Position numbers and translations under genes: made by a program. Positions 9,331-18,972 of a DNA stretch of 29,953 nt are shown here, in pieces. Source of the stretch: a virus (lineage: Duplodnaviria > Caudoviricetes); the IMG/VR virus record IMGVR_UViG_3300028633_000028, positions 1-29,953 of that record; one strand, 5' to 3'. The notes under the pieces were generated by a model. The model was not told the DNA's origin and made no database searches. It was given only the letters and a program-made list of their open reading frames with translations. The first letter of the stretch is position 1, and every line of letters starts with the position of its first letter.

Positions 9331-10566
9331 GTGGACTTCGAAGCGGTTCGGGCTGACCATGGCCAGTACGTGACAAACGTGTCGCTCCCGCAGTACGCGG
9401 TTGGGTGGGAGGTCGTGGAAAGTATCTGGCGGGAATTGGAGCGGGTGCGCCCCGCAACGCTTTGTGACTGTGGAAGCGGGTTCACTTCCTATCTGTTGCG
9501 GCTTTGGGCCAAAGAGAACGGCGGCCAGGTTACGAGCCTGGACACTGACCCGGACTGGCTGGCCAAGAGCAAGGCCTACGCGGAGGAGAAGGGCGTAGGC
9601 GGGGGCGCTTGGGCCACTTGGGACGAGCGGCCCCAAGCGCAATTCGACTTTGTGTTCTATGACCTGGCGGGGATTGCCACTCGCGAGCGCCAGGCGCGGG
9701 CGTCCATCGCCATGGTCAAGCCTGGCGGGTGGTGGATGGGTGACGACCTACAATGGGCGGGCTACCAGGAAGAAATGAGGACGCTGGCCACTCAGAACGG
9801 CGCTGAACTGGCGCTACAAGAGGACAAGACGGACAAGTTCGGGCGGTTCACTGGAACCTTCCAGTTGCCAGTGGAGCCACGGCCCCCGCAGACGGAAGTG
9901 GCGGTCATCATCGGCATGCCCCTGGAGCGGGCGCTCCCAAGTGAAACCGAGTACTCACGCATTTCGTTCGCGCAACAGGGGTTCGCCTTCTGCTACCTTC
10001 CATACACGCGAACCGACTTGGCGCGGAACACCATGGCTCGGCACCTGTTGGAACACCCGGAGTTTACCCATCTGCTCATGCTGGACGTTGACCACAATCA
10101 CCCGCCTGACACGGCGGCGCGGCTCATCCGCCATGTCCAGAAGGACAGGGGAAAATGGGTGGTTGGCGGCCTGAACTATCGCAGGGGGCCGCCATACGAA
10201 CCGAACGTCTACTTCCTGGACAAGAACAAACGGCCTTTTGCCATTCCCAATATGCCCAGGGGGTTGGTGCGGGTTCACCTGCTGGGTACCTGTGCGATGT
10301 TGGTTGCTCGGGAGGCTTTCGAGCGAATACCTTGCCCCTGGTTCAAGTACAACTATGACAGGGCGGAGGAGTACAGTTTTCCCAGCGAGGACACCTGGTT
10401 TGGCGTGCAGTGTTTGGAGCACGGGGTCGCCCAGTGGTGTGACACGACTTGCACGTCCCCGCATATGAGCGTAGAATGGGTGGACAAAGAACGGTTTGAA
10501 CGCTACGTCAACGAGCATCCCGAAAAGGTGGACGAAAGCGGTGTGATGTACATAGACAAGCAGTAA
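9331..10566 (+). CDS. Class I SAM-methyltransferase-like domain fused to a GT-A glycosyltransferase-like domain
   Basis: N-terminal half: LCDCGSGFTS, VTSLDTDPDW, FDFVFYD, KPGGWWMGDD. C-terminal half: ARNTMARH, HLLMLDVDH (DxD), VVGGLNYRR, GTCAMLVAREAFE, SEDTWF. RBS AAGGAG. Confidence 0.8.
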   Translation: MDFEAVRADHGQYVTNVSLPQYAVGWEVVESIWRELERVRPATLCDCGSGFTSYLLRLWAKENGGQVTSLDTDPDWLAKSKAYAEEKGVGGGAWATWDERPQAQFDFVFYDLAGIATRERQARASIAMVKPGGWWMGDDLQWAGYQEEMRTLATQNGAELALQEDKTDKFGRFTGTFQLPVEPRPPQTEVAVIIGMPLERALPSETEYSRISFAQQGFAFCYLPYTRTDLARNTMARHLLEHPEFTHLLMLDVDHNHPPDTAARLIRHVQKDRGKWVVGGLNYRRGPPYEPNVYFLDKNKRPFAIPNMPRGLVRVHLLGTCAMLVAREAFERIPCPWFKYNYDRAEEYSFPSEDTWFGVQCLEHGVAQWCDTTCTSPHMSVEWVDKERFERYVNEHPEKVDESGVMYIDKQ

Positions 10567-10579
10567 AGGAGGCGCTACT

Positions 10580-11572
10580 ATGGCTTATGGAGTGAAGGCA
10601 CTTCGCAAGATTCAGTTGGGCCAGGAAACCACGGCGGGAACGGCTGTGGCGGCTACCACGGTTTGGCGCGGGAACGGTGTCATCAAGGACGCCAGGGAAA
10701 TCGTCATTGTGGAAGAGGATATCGGCCTGTTCGTGGGCGACGGCCGGAGCTTTGTGGCGAAACTTGGCGCGGCCCTGGAACTGGAGGACACTCCGGCGAC
10801 GTTCGAACAGTTGCCGTACATTCTCTCCATGGGCCTGATGAAGGACGTGGACGGTTCAGCCGACGGTTCGGGTTCGGGGAAAATCTACACCTACAACCTG
10901 AGCACGAACGCCCAGGCTACGCCCCTGACAATGACCATCGAACAGGGCGACAACACGCGGGTTGACGAAATGGAGTACTCCTTCGTGACCGAGTGGCGCC
11001 TGTCCGGAAGCCATGGCGAGGCCCTGCAGATGGGCGCTTCCGTAGTGGGGCGCCAGGCCACGGACGCCGAGTTTACGGCCAGTGTGGCCATCCCAACGGT
11101 CGAGGAAATCCTGTTCGGCAAGGGCAAGTTGTACATTGACGCCACAACCATGGGAACCACGCTGAAATCCGGAACCTTCCTGGGCTTTGAGCTTACGGGC
11201 GACAGTGGTTTCCGGGCGGTGCACACTGGCGATGGGAACCTGTACTTCTACGCTCACAAGCAACAGAAGCCGAAGATAACTGGCGTCCTCATCCTGGAAC
11301 ACGACGCCACTGGCGAGGCCGAACTCAACGCGGCCAGGGCCGAGACGAAGCGCCTGGTTCGCATGGTCTTTGAGGGTTCTGCCCTGACTACGGCTGGAAC
11401 GGCTTACACCTACAAGAGCCTGGTCATTGACGCCCCCATCAAGTACACGGAAGTCCCCCAGGTGGAGGACGAGGATGGGGACGACGTGGTTCGGCTCCCG
11501 TTTGAGGTGCTGTTCGACGGTACGAACAATTTCCAAATCGTCGTTGTGAACCAGTTGTCAAGTCTAACGTAA
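10580..11572 (+). CDS. Major tail tube protein
   Basis: 330 aa. The N-terminus KIQLGQETTAGT and the internal TMTIEQG are typical of siphovirus tail tubes. It precedes the chaperone and tape measure genes. Confidence 0.8.
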   Translation: MAYGVKALRKIQLGQETTAGTAVAATTVWRGNGVIKDAREIVIVEEDIGLFVGDGRSFVAKLGAALELEDTPATFEQLPYILSMGLMKDVDGSADGSGSGKIYTYNLSTNAQATPLTMTIEQGDNTRVDEMEYSFVTEWRLSGSHGEALQMGASVVGRQATDAEFTASVAIPTVEEILFGKGKLYIDATTMGTTLKSGTFLGFELTGDSGFRAVHTGDGNLYFYAHKQQKPKITGVLILEHDATGEAELNAARAETKRLVRMVFEGSALTTAGTAYTYKSLVIDAPIKYTEVPQVEDEDGDDVVRLPFEVLFDGTNNFQIVVVNQLSSLT

Positions 11573-11584
11573 AGGAGAGGCTGG

Positions 11585-11890
11585 ATGAAACCCGACAAGG
11601 CGTTTGTCGTCAGGCCGATGACCCTGGGCGAGCAGAAGTCTATCGCCCGCATGGCCAGGGCGGGGCTGGACAATTTCGACCTTCTGGAGAAGCTGGAAAT
11701 GGCCCTGGTCAAGGTGTCAAACTGGACAATGGAGGACTTTGACGGGCTGACGACGCCTGAGTTCAACGAAATCCTGGAAGCGGTGAAGAAGGCGAACCAG
11801 GGGGTAGCTGAAGCGCTCGTCCCTTTGTCGAGCGAGAACGGCTCCGGGCCTGGGGAGAGTGTGGTGGCAGAACCGTCCCAGGTTGGGTAG
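11585..11890 (+). CDS. Tail assembly chaperone (lambda gpG-like)
   Basis: A 101-aa ORF between tail tube and tape measure, containing an in-frame slippery heptamer. Confidence 0.8.
   Translation: MKPDKAFVVRPMTLGEQKSIARMARAGLDNFDLLEKLEMALVKVSNWTMEDFDGLTTPEFNEILEAVKKANQGVAEALVPLSSENGSGPGESVVAEPSQVG
11821..11827 (+). other. Programmed -1 ribosomal frameshift site C CCT TTG
   Basis: An X XXY YYZ heptamer in the correct phase of the chaperone ORF. The -1 frame is open to TGA 12067-12069. Confidence 0.75.
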
Positions 11891-12069
11891 ACACCCTGGC
11901 GGTAGCGGAGAAGTGGGGCCTTCCGCCCTGGCAGATAGAGGAGCTTGGCGAGGAAGGAACACTGTGGTACTGCCGACAGTTGCTTTGGAATGACGCGGTA
12001 GCCAAACGGCAGAAGTACGAGGCCGAAAAGGCGGCCCGCGAGAGTAGGAGGAAGGCACGTGGGAAATGA
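11821..12069 (+). CDS. -1 frame extension of the tail chaperone (gpT-like; fusion 11585..12069, about 161 aa), absent from the ORF track
   Basis: It translates as ...VERERLRAWGECGGRTVPGWVDTLAVAEKWGLPPWQIEELGEEGTLWYCRQLLWNDAVAKRQKYEAEKAARESRRKARGK*. The LAVAEKWGLPPWQIEEL segment resembles gpT-type motifs, and the frame fills the gap to the tape measure start. Confidence 0.75.
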   Translation, partial: PFVERERLRAWGECGGRTVPGWVDTLAVAEKWGLPPWQIEELGEEGTLWYCRQLLWNDAVAKRQKYEAEKAARESRRKARGK

Positions 12070-15000
12070 GGCTTTGGCGCTGGCCCTTGTCCTTTCTCTG
12101 AAGGACGAGGCCTCTAAGGGCCTTGATTCTATACGCGGTAGCCTGGGCGGGCTTGGTACGGCGGCGGCGGTTGCTGGAACGGCGATTGTCGGTACGGCGG
12201 CGGCGCTGACCAAACTGGCGGTAGACGCCATCCCAGTACAGGGTATCAAAGAGGCGTTTGACGGTGTGGCGGGGAGCGGCTCGAAGATGCTGGAAACGCT
12301 TCGGGCCGCCTCCTCGGGCATGGTCAAGGACGTAGACCTCATGATGAACTACAACCAGGCGGCCATGCTCGTTTCCAAGGACTTTGCCGACACCCTTCCC
12401 AATGCCATGCAGTACCTCCAAAAGGTGTCGGCGGCCACTGGCCAGTCCATGGATTTCATGATGAGTAGCCTGGTCAAGGGCGTGGGGCGCGTCTCGCCCA
12501 TGATTTTGGACAACCTCGGCATACAGGTGTCCCTCGAAGAAGCGACCTCGCGGGCGGCCAAAATGTTCGGCAAGGAAGCCGACGCCCTGGCCAAGACGGA
12601 GATTCAGGCGGGCCTCACTGAGGTCGTGATGGAGAAGCTGGCGGCGAACACGGCCAAAATGCCCGACGTGACTGGTAAGGCGGGGCAACAGTTGGCAACC
12701 TTCTCCACCCTGGTCGAGAACCTGAAGGATAGCATTGGGCTGGCCCTGTTGCCAGTCCTGTCGGCCTTCCTCAAACCCCTGACGGAAATAGCGAACCAGG
12801 TTGGCCCCAAGTTGCTGACCTGGATTGACGGGCTTTCGTCCTTCCTTGTGGACAGGGCGGTTCCGTCCATCGCGGCGGCGGGGCGCGGGCTGATGGACTT
12901 TTTCGGCCAGGCGGGCCAGGTTGCCAAGACGGTCATGGACACGGTTGGCGCCCTGTTCACCGGAGGGGTGGACTTCCCCTGGGAGGACATTCTTCCGGCC
13001 AGTTTGGTGGACACGGCCTACGCGGTTCGCGGTGCCCTGGCGGAGCTACAAACGGCCTTCGGCGGGCTTGTGGCGGCTGGCCAGGAAATGTTCGCCATCT
13101 TGGGCGGCGGCGGCGATTGGAGTTCCGTTTGGGAAGGGCTGAACACGGCCTTCGGCCCGGACGCGGCCTCGACCCTCACCAGTTTCGCCATCATCGCCAA
13201 CGGCACCATACAGGAAGTGGTTGGCTTCCTGTCGGGGCTTGTGGCCTGGTTCCAGTCCGACGGAGTAGCCATGTTCTCTCAGTGGGCGGCCATGGCCCAA
13301 GAGACGTTCGGCCTGGCGGCCCAAGTTGTCGGCAAGTTTGTGGCGGACGTCGCCCCCTGGCTGATGAACGAGCTTTCCAAGGCGCTCGAATGGGCGGGCG
13401 AAAAGTTCCAGGGGCTGGCCGACTTCATCCGTGAGATAATGCCCCGTATACAGCAAGTGGTTGGCGTGGCGCTCCAGAACCTGGCCAGATTTTGGGAGGA
13501 ACACGGCGAGAACATTCTGCGGGTGATTTCCTCGGCCTTTGACCTGGTTCGTGGCACCATAGACACGGTTCTTTCCGTGATACAGGGCGTCATCCGGCTT
13601 GTCCTGGACGCCATTCTGGGCAATTGGAGCGACGTGTGGAACGACGTCAAGTCCATTTTCAGCACGGCTTGGGCGGGCGTCCAAACCCTGTTGTCCAATG
13701 GCCTGGCTACCCTGAAGCGCCTGCTGGAGTTGGCGCTCCCCATGCTGTCGAACGCTTGGAACTCCCTGTGGGCGGCGCTGAAGGCCCTGGTCGAAACGGC
13801 CTGGCCCGAAATCACGAAGGCAGTACAAACGGCGGTTACCAACGTGTCCGACGCCATCGGCAAAAAGGTGACCGAGTTCGTCACGGCTGGCGAGAACCTT
13901 ATCAACGGCCTGATTGAGGGCGTGAAGGCAAAGGCCCAGTCTGTTCTTGATGCGGCTGTGGGGGTGGTCAAGGGCGCTGTAGGCGCGGTGGCCAATTTCC
14001 TCGGCATTCACTCCCCCTCCACTTTGTTCCAGGAGTTCGGCCAGGCGCTCATGCAGGGCCTGGCCATCGGCATAGACGAGAACAAGCTGGAACCCATGGC
14101 GGCCATGACAGGGGTTCTCCGCTCTGTCGTGGAGGACATGCAGGGAATCATGAACGTGCTTGGCGCGGACATGCCTGAAAAGAAGATGGACTTGGGGGCC
14201 TTCCTGGATTCCATCATGGGGATTTCTCACGAGATAGCTGTCTGGATGGCGACCAAGTGGGAGCAGGAAAAGGCGTTCCTCGGTTGGTTCTCCACTGACG
14301 TCAAGGCGGCGCTGGAGCTTTGGGTTGGCGGCCTGGAACCCATCCGTTCTATCTTCGACGTGGGCCAGGCCATCCTCGGCTTGTGTTCGGACAAGGGGAA
14401 ACAGGTTCTCGGTAGCGTGGAGGGGTTCCTTGGAACCCTGTACGGCATCACCACGGCGGTAGGCGGGTTCATCAGCGGGAAGTGGAAGGCCGATAGCAAG
14501 TTCTTCGCCTGGTTCGCGGAAGACATTACTCCCATCCTGAGCCAGTGGGCGGCGGGGCTGGCCCCCATGGCTTCCCTGCTGGAAACAGGGAACAGTATCA
14601 CGGCGGCCCTTTCCAAGAAGGCGGCCCAGGCGGAAACCACGGTAGCGGAGCTTCTTGGCGCCATCACGTCCATGATGGAACAGGTGGGTAACTACGTCTT
14701 TTCGGCCCGGAGCACCACTCAGAAGTTCGTGGCCCTGTTCGCGGAGCAGTTGACCCCCTTCCTGAAACAGTGGAACGATAGCTTGGAGCCGCTCCAGGGG
14801 CTTCTCTCTGTTTCCAAGTCTATACTTGACCTGGCGGCCGATGAGGCCAAGGAAACCAAGCTGTCGGTATTCGACTTCTTCGGGAACCTGGTCGGGGTGA
14901 TGGACAACGTGTGGCTCTACATTTCTGACGTGAACGAGCAGACGCGGCCCTTTGTGGCGGGGTTCGCGGAGCATATTACCCCATTCCTGGGCGAATGGCG

Positions 15001-16549
15001 GGATGCGCTGGCGCCACTTCAACCGCTCCTCTCGACGGTGAAAGGTGTTCTCGACATAGCGGCCAATGAGGTCAAGGACGTAAAGCTGTCGGTGGAAACG
15101 TTCTTCGATAACGCCCTGGGCCTGATGGTACAGGTTTCGGCTTACGTTGGGGCGCGGGCGGAGTTCCTGGCCCCCGCGGTGGCGGCCTTCAAGACGGACA
15201 TTACGCCCAAGTTGGCGGAGTGGGCCGAGGTGATAAAACCACTCCAACCACTTATGTCAACCATCAACGGCGTCCTCGGCCTGGCGGCCAATGAGGTAAA
15301 GGGTGTGAAGCTGGACGTGACCATGTTCCTCTCCAACGTGGCTTCCATCATGGAGGACGTGAAAAGCTACGTCACTGGCGCGGAGTGGCTGGCCCCACTT
15401 ATCGCCTCTTTCAAGGACAGTGTGACCCCCGTTCTGGAAGAATGGAACGAGGCCCTGAAACCACTGGCCCCGCTCCTCGGCACGGCCAAGACGCTCCTTT
15501 CCGGCTCTGTTTCCGAGGCGAAACTGGCGGCGGGCTTCGTAAAGGGCGTTCTGGAACAGTTGGTGCGGATGATGAAGGACGTGAACGGCTACATGTCAAA
15601 CCAGGGCGAAAGCATCGTGAGCCTGGTTACGGTGTTCCGGGACAAACTTGGCCCCATCTTCGTTGACTGGAACGCGGCCCTGGTTCCCCTGGGCGAAATG
15701 TTGACCACGAGCAAGACGCTCCTGTCCGGCGCGGCGGGAACGGCCTATGGCGCTCACCTGAACATAGTTTGGCTCCTGAACGCGATGAACACCATGGCCC
15801 AAGAGGGCCTGGACTGGGTGCGGGGCCATCCGCGGTTCCGGGACAAGCTGAACGAGTTTCTGAACCTGTTGCTGGACGCTGTTTCGGACATGGCTGACAA
15901 CCTGGGCGCGGTGGACGTGGCCCTGGACGGCTCTAGCGGGCTTCTGGCCTCTATGAGCACGGCCACTTCCTCGTTCGCCAGGGATATCGCTTCCTGGCTG
16001 AAGACCTGGGGGGCCTTGGGGAAAGAAGGGCCTACGGACGTGGGGGGCATTTTGGGCGGAATCGCCGAGAGCATTTACGACGTGAAGGCGGCCATGGAAA
16101 AGCTGCTCCTCGCCCTCCGAAAGTCCATGGCGGAATCCTTGCGCGGCCTGTACACTGGCGGCTACGACGCTGGCTACTCCATCGGCCAGGGGTTCATTCA
16201 GGGGCTGAACGACGTGAGGGCGGAGGTTGTGGCGGCGGCTACTGGCATGTCCGACGCGGCCCTCCAGGCCATCCGAAAGGCGTTGGGAATCGCCAGTCCT
16301 TCCAGGGTGGCGCAGGAGCTTGGGCGGCTTACGGCTGAGGGCTTCAATATCGGCCTTTCCGAAGGTTACGGCGGCCAGGGGGCTTTCTTGTCGAATGCCC
16401 TCACTACGCTTGCGGGAGGGGTGGCGCGTGGTTCGACGCATCTTCATTTCACTTACGCTCCTGTTCTGTCCCTTGCTGACGAGCGGGAGGCCAGGGAGCG
16501 GATTGCCCCTGTTCTCGTTGACGTCTTGCGGAGTGAGGCCAGGCGGTAA
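12059..16549 (+). CDS. Tape measure protein (1496 aa)
   Basis: Long Ala/Gly/Leu-rich helical protein with periodic Trp (e.g. ILGNWSDVWNDVKSIFSTAWAGV), the LGIHSPS motif and an N-terminal LSLKDEASKGL. GTG start with an AGGAGG RBS. Confidence 0.93.
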   Translation: MGNEALALALVLSLKDEASKGLDSIRGSLGGLGTAAAVAGTAIVGTAAALTKLAVDAIPVQGIKEAFDGVAGSGSKMLETLRAASSGMVKDVDLMMNYNQAAMLVSKDFADTLPNAMQYLQKVSAATGQSMDFMMSSLVKGVGRVSPMILDNLGIQVSLEEATSRAAKMFGKEADALAKTEIQAGLTEVVMEKLAANTAKMPDVTGKAGQQLATFSTLVENLKDSIGLALLPVLSAFLKPLTEIANQVGPKLLTWIDGLSSFLVDRAVPSIAAAGRGLMDFFGQAGQVAKTVMDTVGALFTGGVDFPWEDILPASLVDTAYAVRGALAELQTAFGGLVAAGQEMFAILGGGGDWSSVWEGLNTAFGPDAASTLTSFAIIANGTIQEVVGFLSGLVAWFQSDGVAMFSQWAAMAQETFGLAAQVVGKFVADVAPWLMNELSKALEWAGEKFQGLADFIREIMPRIQQVVGVALQNLARFWEEHGENILRVISSAFDLVRGTIDTVLSVIQGVIRLVLDAILGNWSDVWNDVKSIFSTAWAGVQTLLSNGLATLKRLLELALPMLSNAWNSLWAALKALVETAWPEITKAVQTAVTNVSDAIGKKVTEFVTAGENLINGLIEGVKAKAQSVLDAAVGVVKGAVGAVANFLGIHSPSTLFQEFGQALMQGLAIGIDENKLEPMAAMTGVLRSVVEDMQGIMNVLGADMPEKKMDLGAFLDSIMGISHEIAVWMATKWEQEKAFLGWFSTDVKAALELWVGGLEPIRSIFDVGQAILGLCSDKGKQVLGSVEGFLGTLYGITTAVGGFISGKWKADSKFFAWFAEDITPILSQWAAGLAPMASLLETGNSITAALSKKAAQAETTVAELLGAITSMMEQVGNYVFSARSTTQKFVALFAEQLTPFLKQWNDSLEPLQGLLSVSKSILDLAADEAKETKLSVFDFFGNLVGVMDNVWLYISDVNEQTRPFVAGFAEHITPFLGEWRDALAPLQPLLSTVKGVLDIAANEVKDVKLSVETFFDNALGLMVQVSAYVGARAEFLAPAVAAFKTDITPKLAEWAEVIKPLQPLMSTINGVLGLAANEVKGVKLDVTMFLSNVASIMEDVKSYVTGAEWLAPLIASFKDSVTPVLEEWNEALKPLAPLLGTAKTLLSGSVSEAKLAAGFVKGVLEQLVRMMKDVNGYMSNQGESIVSLVTVFRDKLGPIFVDWNAALVPLGEMLTTSKTLLSGAAGTAYGAHLNIVWLLNAMNTMAQEGLDWVRGHPRFRDKLNEFLNLLLDAVSDMADNLGAVDVALDGSSGLLASMSTATSSFARDIASWLKTWGALGKEGPTDVGGILGGIAESIYDVKAAMEKLLLALRKSMAESLRGLYTGGYDAGYSIGQGFIQGLNDVRAEVVAAATGMSDAALQAIRKALGIASPSRVAQELGRLTAEGFNIGLSEGYGGQGAFLSNALTTLAGGVARGSTHLHFTYAPVLSLADEREARERIAPVLVDVLRSEARR
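14288..15760 (+). repeat. About seven degenerate 75-aa (225-bp) repeats inside the tape measure gene
   Basis: The anchor Phe of FxxxITPxLxxW...LxPL lies at 14288, 14513, 14738, 14963, 15188, 15410 and 15635. Confidence 0.85.
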
Positions 16550-16553
16550 CCCC

Positions 16554-18059
16554 ATGGCTGACCATGTTTGGTTCGTGAAAATCGCCTGGGACGGCTCCTC
16601 GGAAATAGACGAAGTTGCCTACTTCCGGTCTGTTCGGGTGGAGCGCGGGCGGAGCACCCCTTTCGCGACCATTTCGGCGGGGAAGTGTACTCTCGTTCTG
16701 GATAACTACACGGACAGGTTCTCTCCGTGGAACACTGGGAGCGCCATCTATCCGGACGTGACGCCTGGCAAGTCTATCAGGGTGGGAATGTATCAGTTCG
16801 ACCAGGACGACCCCCCACAAATAGCGTACCTGTTCCGGGGTGTCATACAAGACATTTTCCCGAGCGGCGGCCTGGGGGAGCGAACGGTTACCATCGTGGC
16901 CTACGACAGACTGAAGACGGTGGAGGAGCGCCAGGTTTCCATCGCGCTCAAAACGGACACGAACGACGACATAGCTTTGGCGGTTCTTGACGCGATAGGC
17001 GAGGACGTAAACTATGACACGGCGGGCCTCACGTCCTCCACGACGTACTTCTGGCCATTTGATAGCAAGGCGGGGCCACTCCTCCGCTCCATTGTGGACA
17101 GTGAGTTGGGCGCCTTGTGGGCCGACCCAAGTGGCTACCTGAAGCTGTACGGCCGCAACAATCTACACTACTCCGGCCAGGCGGTGGCGACGGAGTGGGC
17201 GCTGGACGAGGATTCCGTGGTTGACATGGAAGTGGGCCAGGCGTGGGAAAGCCTCTACAACCGAGTGACGGTGAACGCCTACCCCTACTCGCTTGGTTCT
17301 CTTGGCGAGGTGTGGCGGCTCCTGGAAGTGCTGGAGATAGCGCCAGGGGCGTCGTATACCACTTGGGCCTATTTTGAGGACGGAGATGGGAACCCTGCTC
17401 CGGCGTCGGACGTGGCATCGCCAGTGGCTACCACTGACTACACGGCGAACAGTCAGGCGGGCGGCGGTGGCGCGGATATGACTTCCAACCTGACGGTCAC
17501 GGCCACGGTCTACGCCGAGAAAGCCAAGTTGGTTCTGTCCAATACCCATGCCACGACGCCCCTGTTCGTGACGCTACTGAAGGTTCGCGGCAAGCCGATT
17601 TCCGTGGAGAAGGTTGCTGTAGTGGCCGAGGACGCCACTTCCCAGGCGGCCTACGGGGTGAGAGACGTGGTGGTGGACACTCCGTGGATACAGTCCGTAT
17701 CAAAGGCCACGGACTACGCCAATGCCCTTCTGTCGTTCTGGAAAGACCCCCAGGCGGCGATAAAGCTGAAGGTTCGGCACCTGTTGGGAACAGACCCGAA
17801 CATGCTCGGCGGAAGCATTTTGCTGGAGGGCGTCCATGAGTGGTATTCGCGTGACCTGTTCAACCTGGTTACCCTCACGGCCCCGTCCTACGGCATAGAT
17901 GGCGTCTACTACATCGGGGGGCTGACGTGGTGGACAGGTGTTTCCGCCGAGGACTTGTGGCTGGAAATGACCTTGGAACCGAAGGACAATCGCTCTTTCT
18001 GGGAGCTTGGGGTGGATGGGGCTACAGAACTTGGCACCACGACGGTACTGGGCTTCTAG
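16554..18059 (+). CDS. Minor tail / baseplate hub-like protein
   Basis: Directly follows the tape measure. Motifs VRVERGRS, AGKCTLVLDN, LFRGVI and LYNRVTV resemble siphovirus tail-tip proteins. The probable start is ATG 16554. Confidence 0.75.
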   Translation: MADHVWFVKIAWDGSSEIDEVAYFRSVRVERGRSTPFATISAGKCTLVLDNYTDRFSPWNTGSAIYPDVTPGKSIRVGMYQFDQDDPPQIAYLFRGVIQDIFPSGGLGERTVTIVAYDRLKTVEERQVSIALKTDTNDDIALAVLDAIGEDVNYDTAGLTSSTTYFWPFDSKAGPLLRSIVDSELGALWADPSGYLKLYGRNNLHYSGQAVATEWALDEDSVVDMEVGQAWESLYNRVTVNAYPYSLGSLGEVWRLLEVLEIAPGASYTTWAYFEDGDGNPAPASDVASPVATTDYTANSQAGGGGADMTSNLTVTATVYAEKAKLVLSNTHATTPLFVTLLKVRGKPISVEKVAVVAEDATSQAAYGVRDVVVDTPWIQSVSKATDYANALLSFWKDPQAAIKLKVRHLLGTDPNMLGGSILLEGVHEWYSRDLFNLVTLTAPSYGIDGVYYIGGLTWWTGVSAEDLWLEMTLEPKDNRSFWELGVDGATELGTTTVLGF

Positions 18060-18076
18060 CTGAAAGGGGGGCGCTC

Positions 18077-18499
18077 GTGGCCGAAGTGTTCGTGACGGAT
18101 AAGAAGGTGGTTCACCCGATTGTGGACGCGGATGACGACGCAAAGAAGCGGGGGTTCCCGGACGCGGCGGCGCTCCGGGCGGCCATGGCCCGGAGGCGGC
18201 GTATCCGCATCGCGGGGGTGGAGGGGCGCCAGGTGTACGCCCGGATTGATTGGGGGCGCTGGCTGGCCGACTGCCCGTTCTGTAACGGGTCAGAGTTGGT
18301 TTCCAAGAAAGAGCGCCTGTTCTTCTGCTTCTCCTGCGAAATGGAGGGGAATGGCGGCCAGGCGGTGGAAGTCCTGTTCCCCGAAGGCGTGGACAAGATA
18401 GAAGCGAGCCTGGCGGGGGAACGTGTGAGCTACCAGAACTGGCGCTGTGAAGTTGACGGCGGCCTGTACAGGGGCGTTCGCGAGAAAGGCGGTGGATAA
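18077..18499 (+). CDS. Zn-ribbon protein in the tail module (WLADCPFC...FFCFSC)
   Basis: GTG 18077 follows AAAGGGGG. It has two CxxC pairs and its stop overlaps the next start. Confidence 0.7.
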   Translation: MAEVFVTDKKVVHPIVDADDDAKKRGFPDAAALRAAMARRRRIRIAGVEGRQVYARIDWGRWLADCPFCNGSELVSKKERLFFCFSCEMEGNGGQAVEVLFPEGVDKIEASLAGERVSYQNWRCEVDGGLYRGVREKGGG

Positions 18500-18972
18500 T
18501 GGCCTGGACTGCTCCCCGAACCTGGGTCACTGGCGAAACGGTCACGGCGGCCATTATGAACACGCACGTGAAGGACAACCTAACGGCCCTGAAGGCGGCG
18601 GCTGGAACTCGGTGCCTGTTTTGGTGGATACCAGGCACGGCGTCCACTGGCACAAACAAGAGCGGCGAGATAACGTACAGGGGGCCTACCCTCACGCTGA
18701 AGCGTGCCGACGTAAGCGCCAAGACAGGCCCTGCGGGCGCCGACCTTATTTTTGACATCAACGAGGGCGGCACCTCCATTTGGGCCTCTACCCAGGCGAA
18801 CCGTGTCAAGATAGTGGACGGCGAAACCACGGGCACCCAAACGTCCTTTGACGACACCACTATTGCCGACGGTTCCAAGATAACGGTGGACGTAGACCAG
18901 GTTGGTTTAGGCACGGCGGGGGCCGACCTGAGCGTCAACCTGGAGGGCGAGTACACGGTGGAAGTGTCGTGA
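18499..18972 (+). CDS. Minor tail protein
   Basis: The N-terminus MAWTAPRTWVTGETVTAAIMNTHVKDNL is a recurring tail-fibre/minor-tail anchor pattern. Confidence 0.75.
   Translation: MAWTAPRTWVTGETVTAAIMNTHVKDNLTALKAAAGTRCLFWWIPGTASTGTNKSGEITYRGPTLTLKRADVSAKTGPAGADLIFDINEGGTSIWASTQANRVKIVDGETTGTQTSFDDTTIADGSKITVDVDQVGLGTAGADLSVNLEGEYTVEVS

Noticed and set aside
13046-15247. Long antisense ORFs (733 aa here; also 2019..3311, 17700..19580 and others)
   Set aside because: These are shadow frames of GC-rich coding genes, with no RBS or recognisable motifs.
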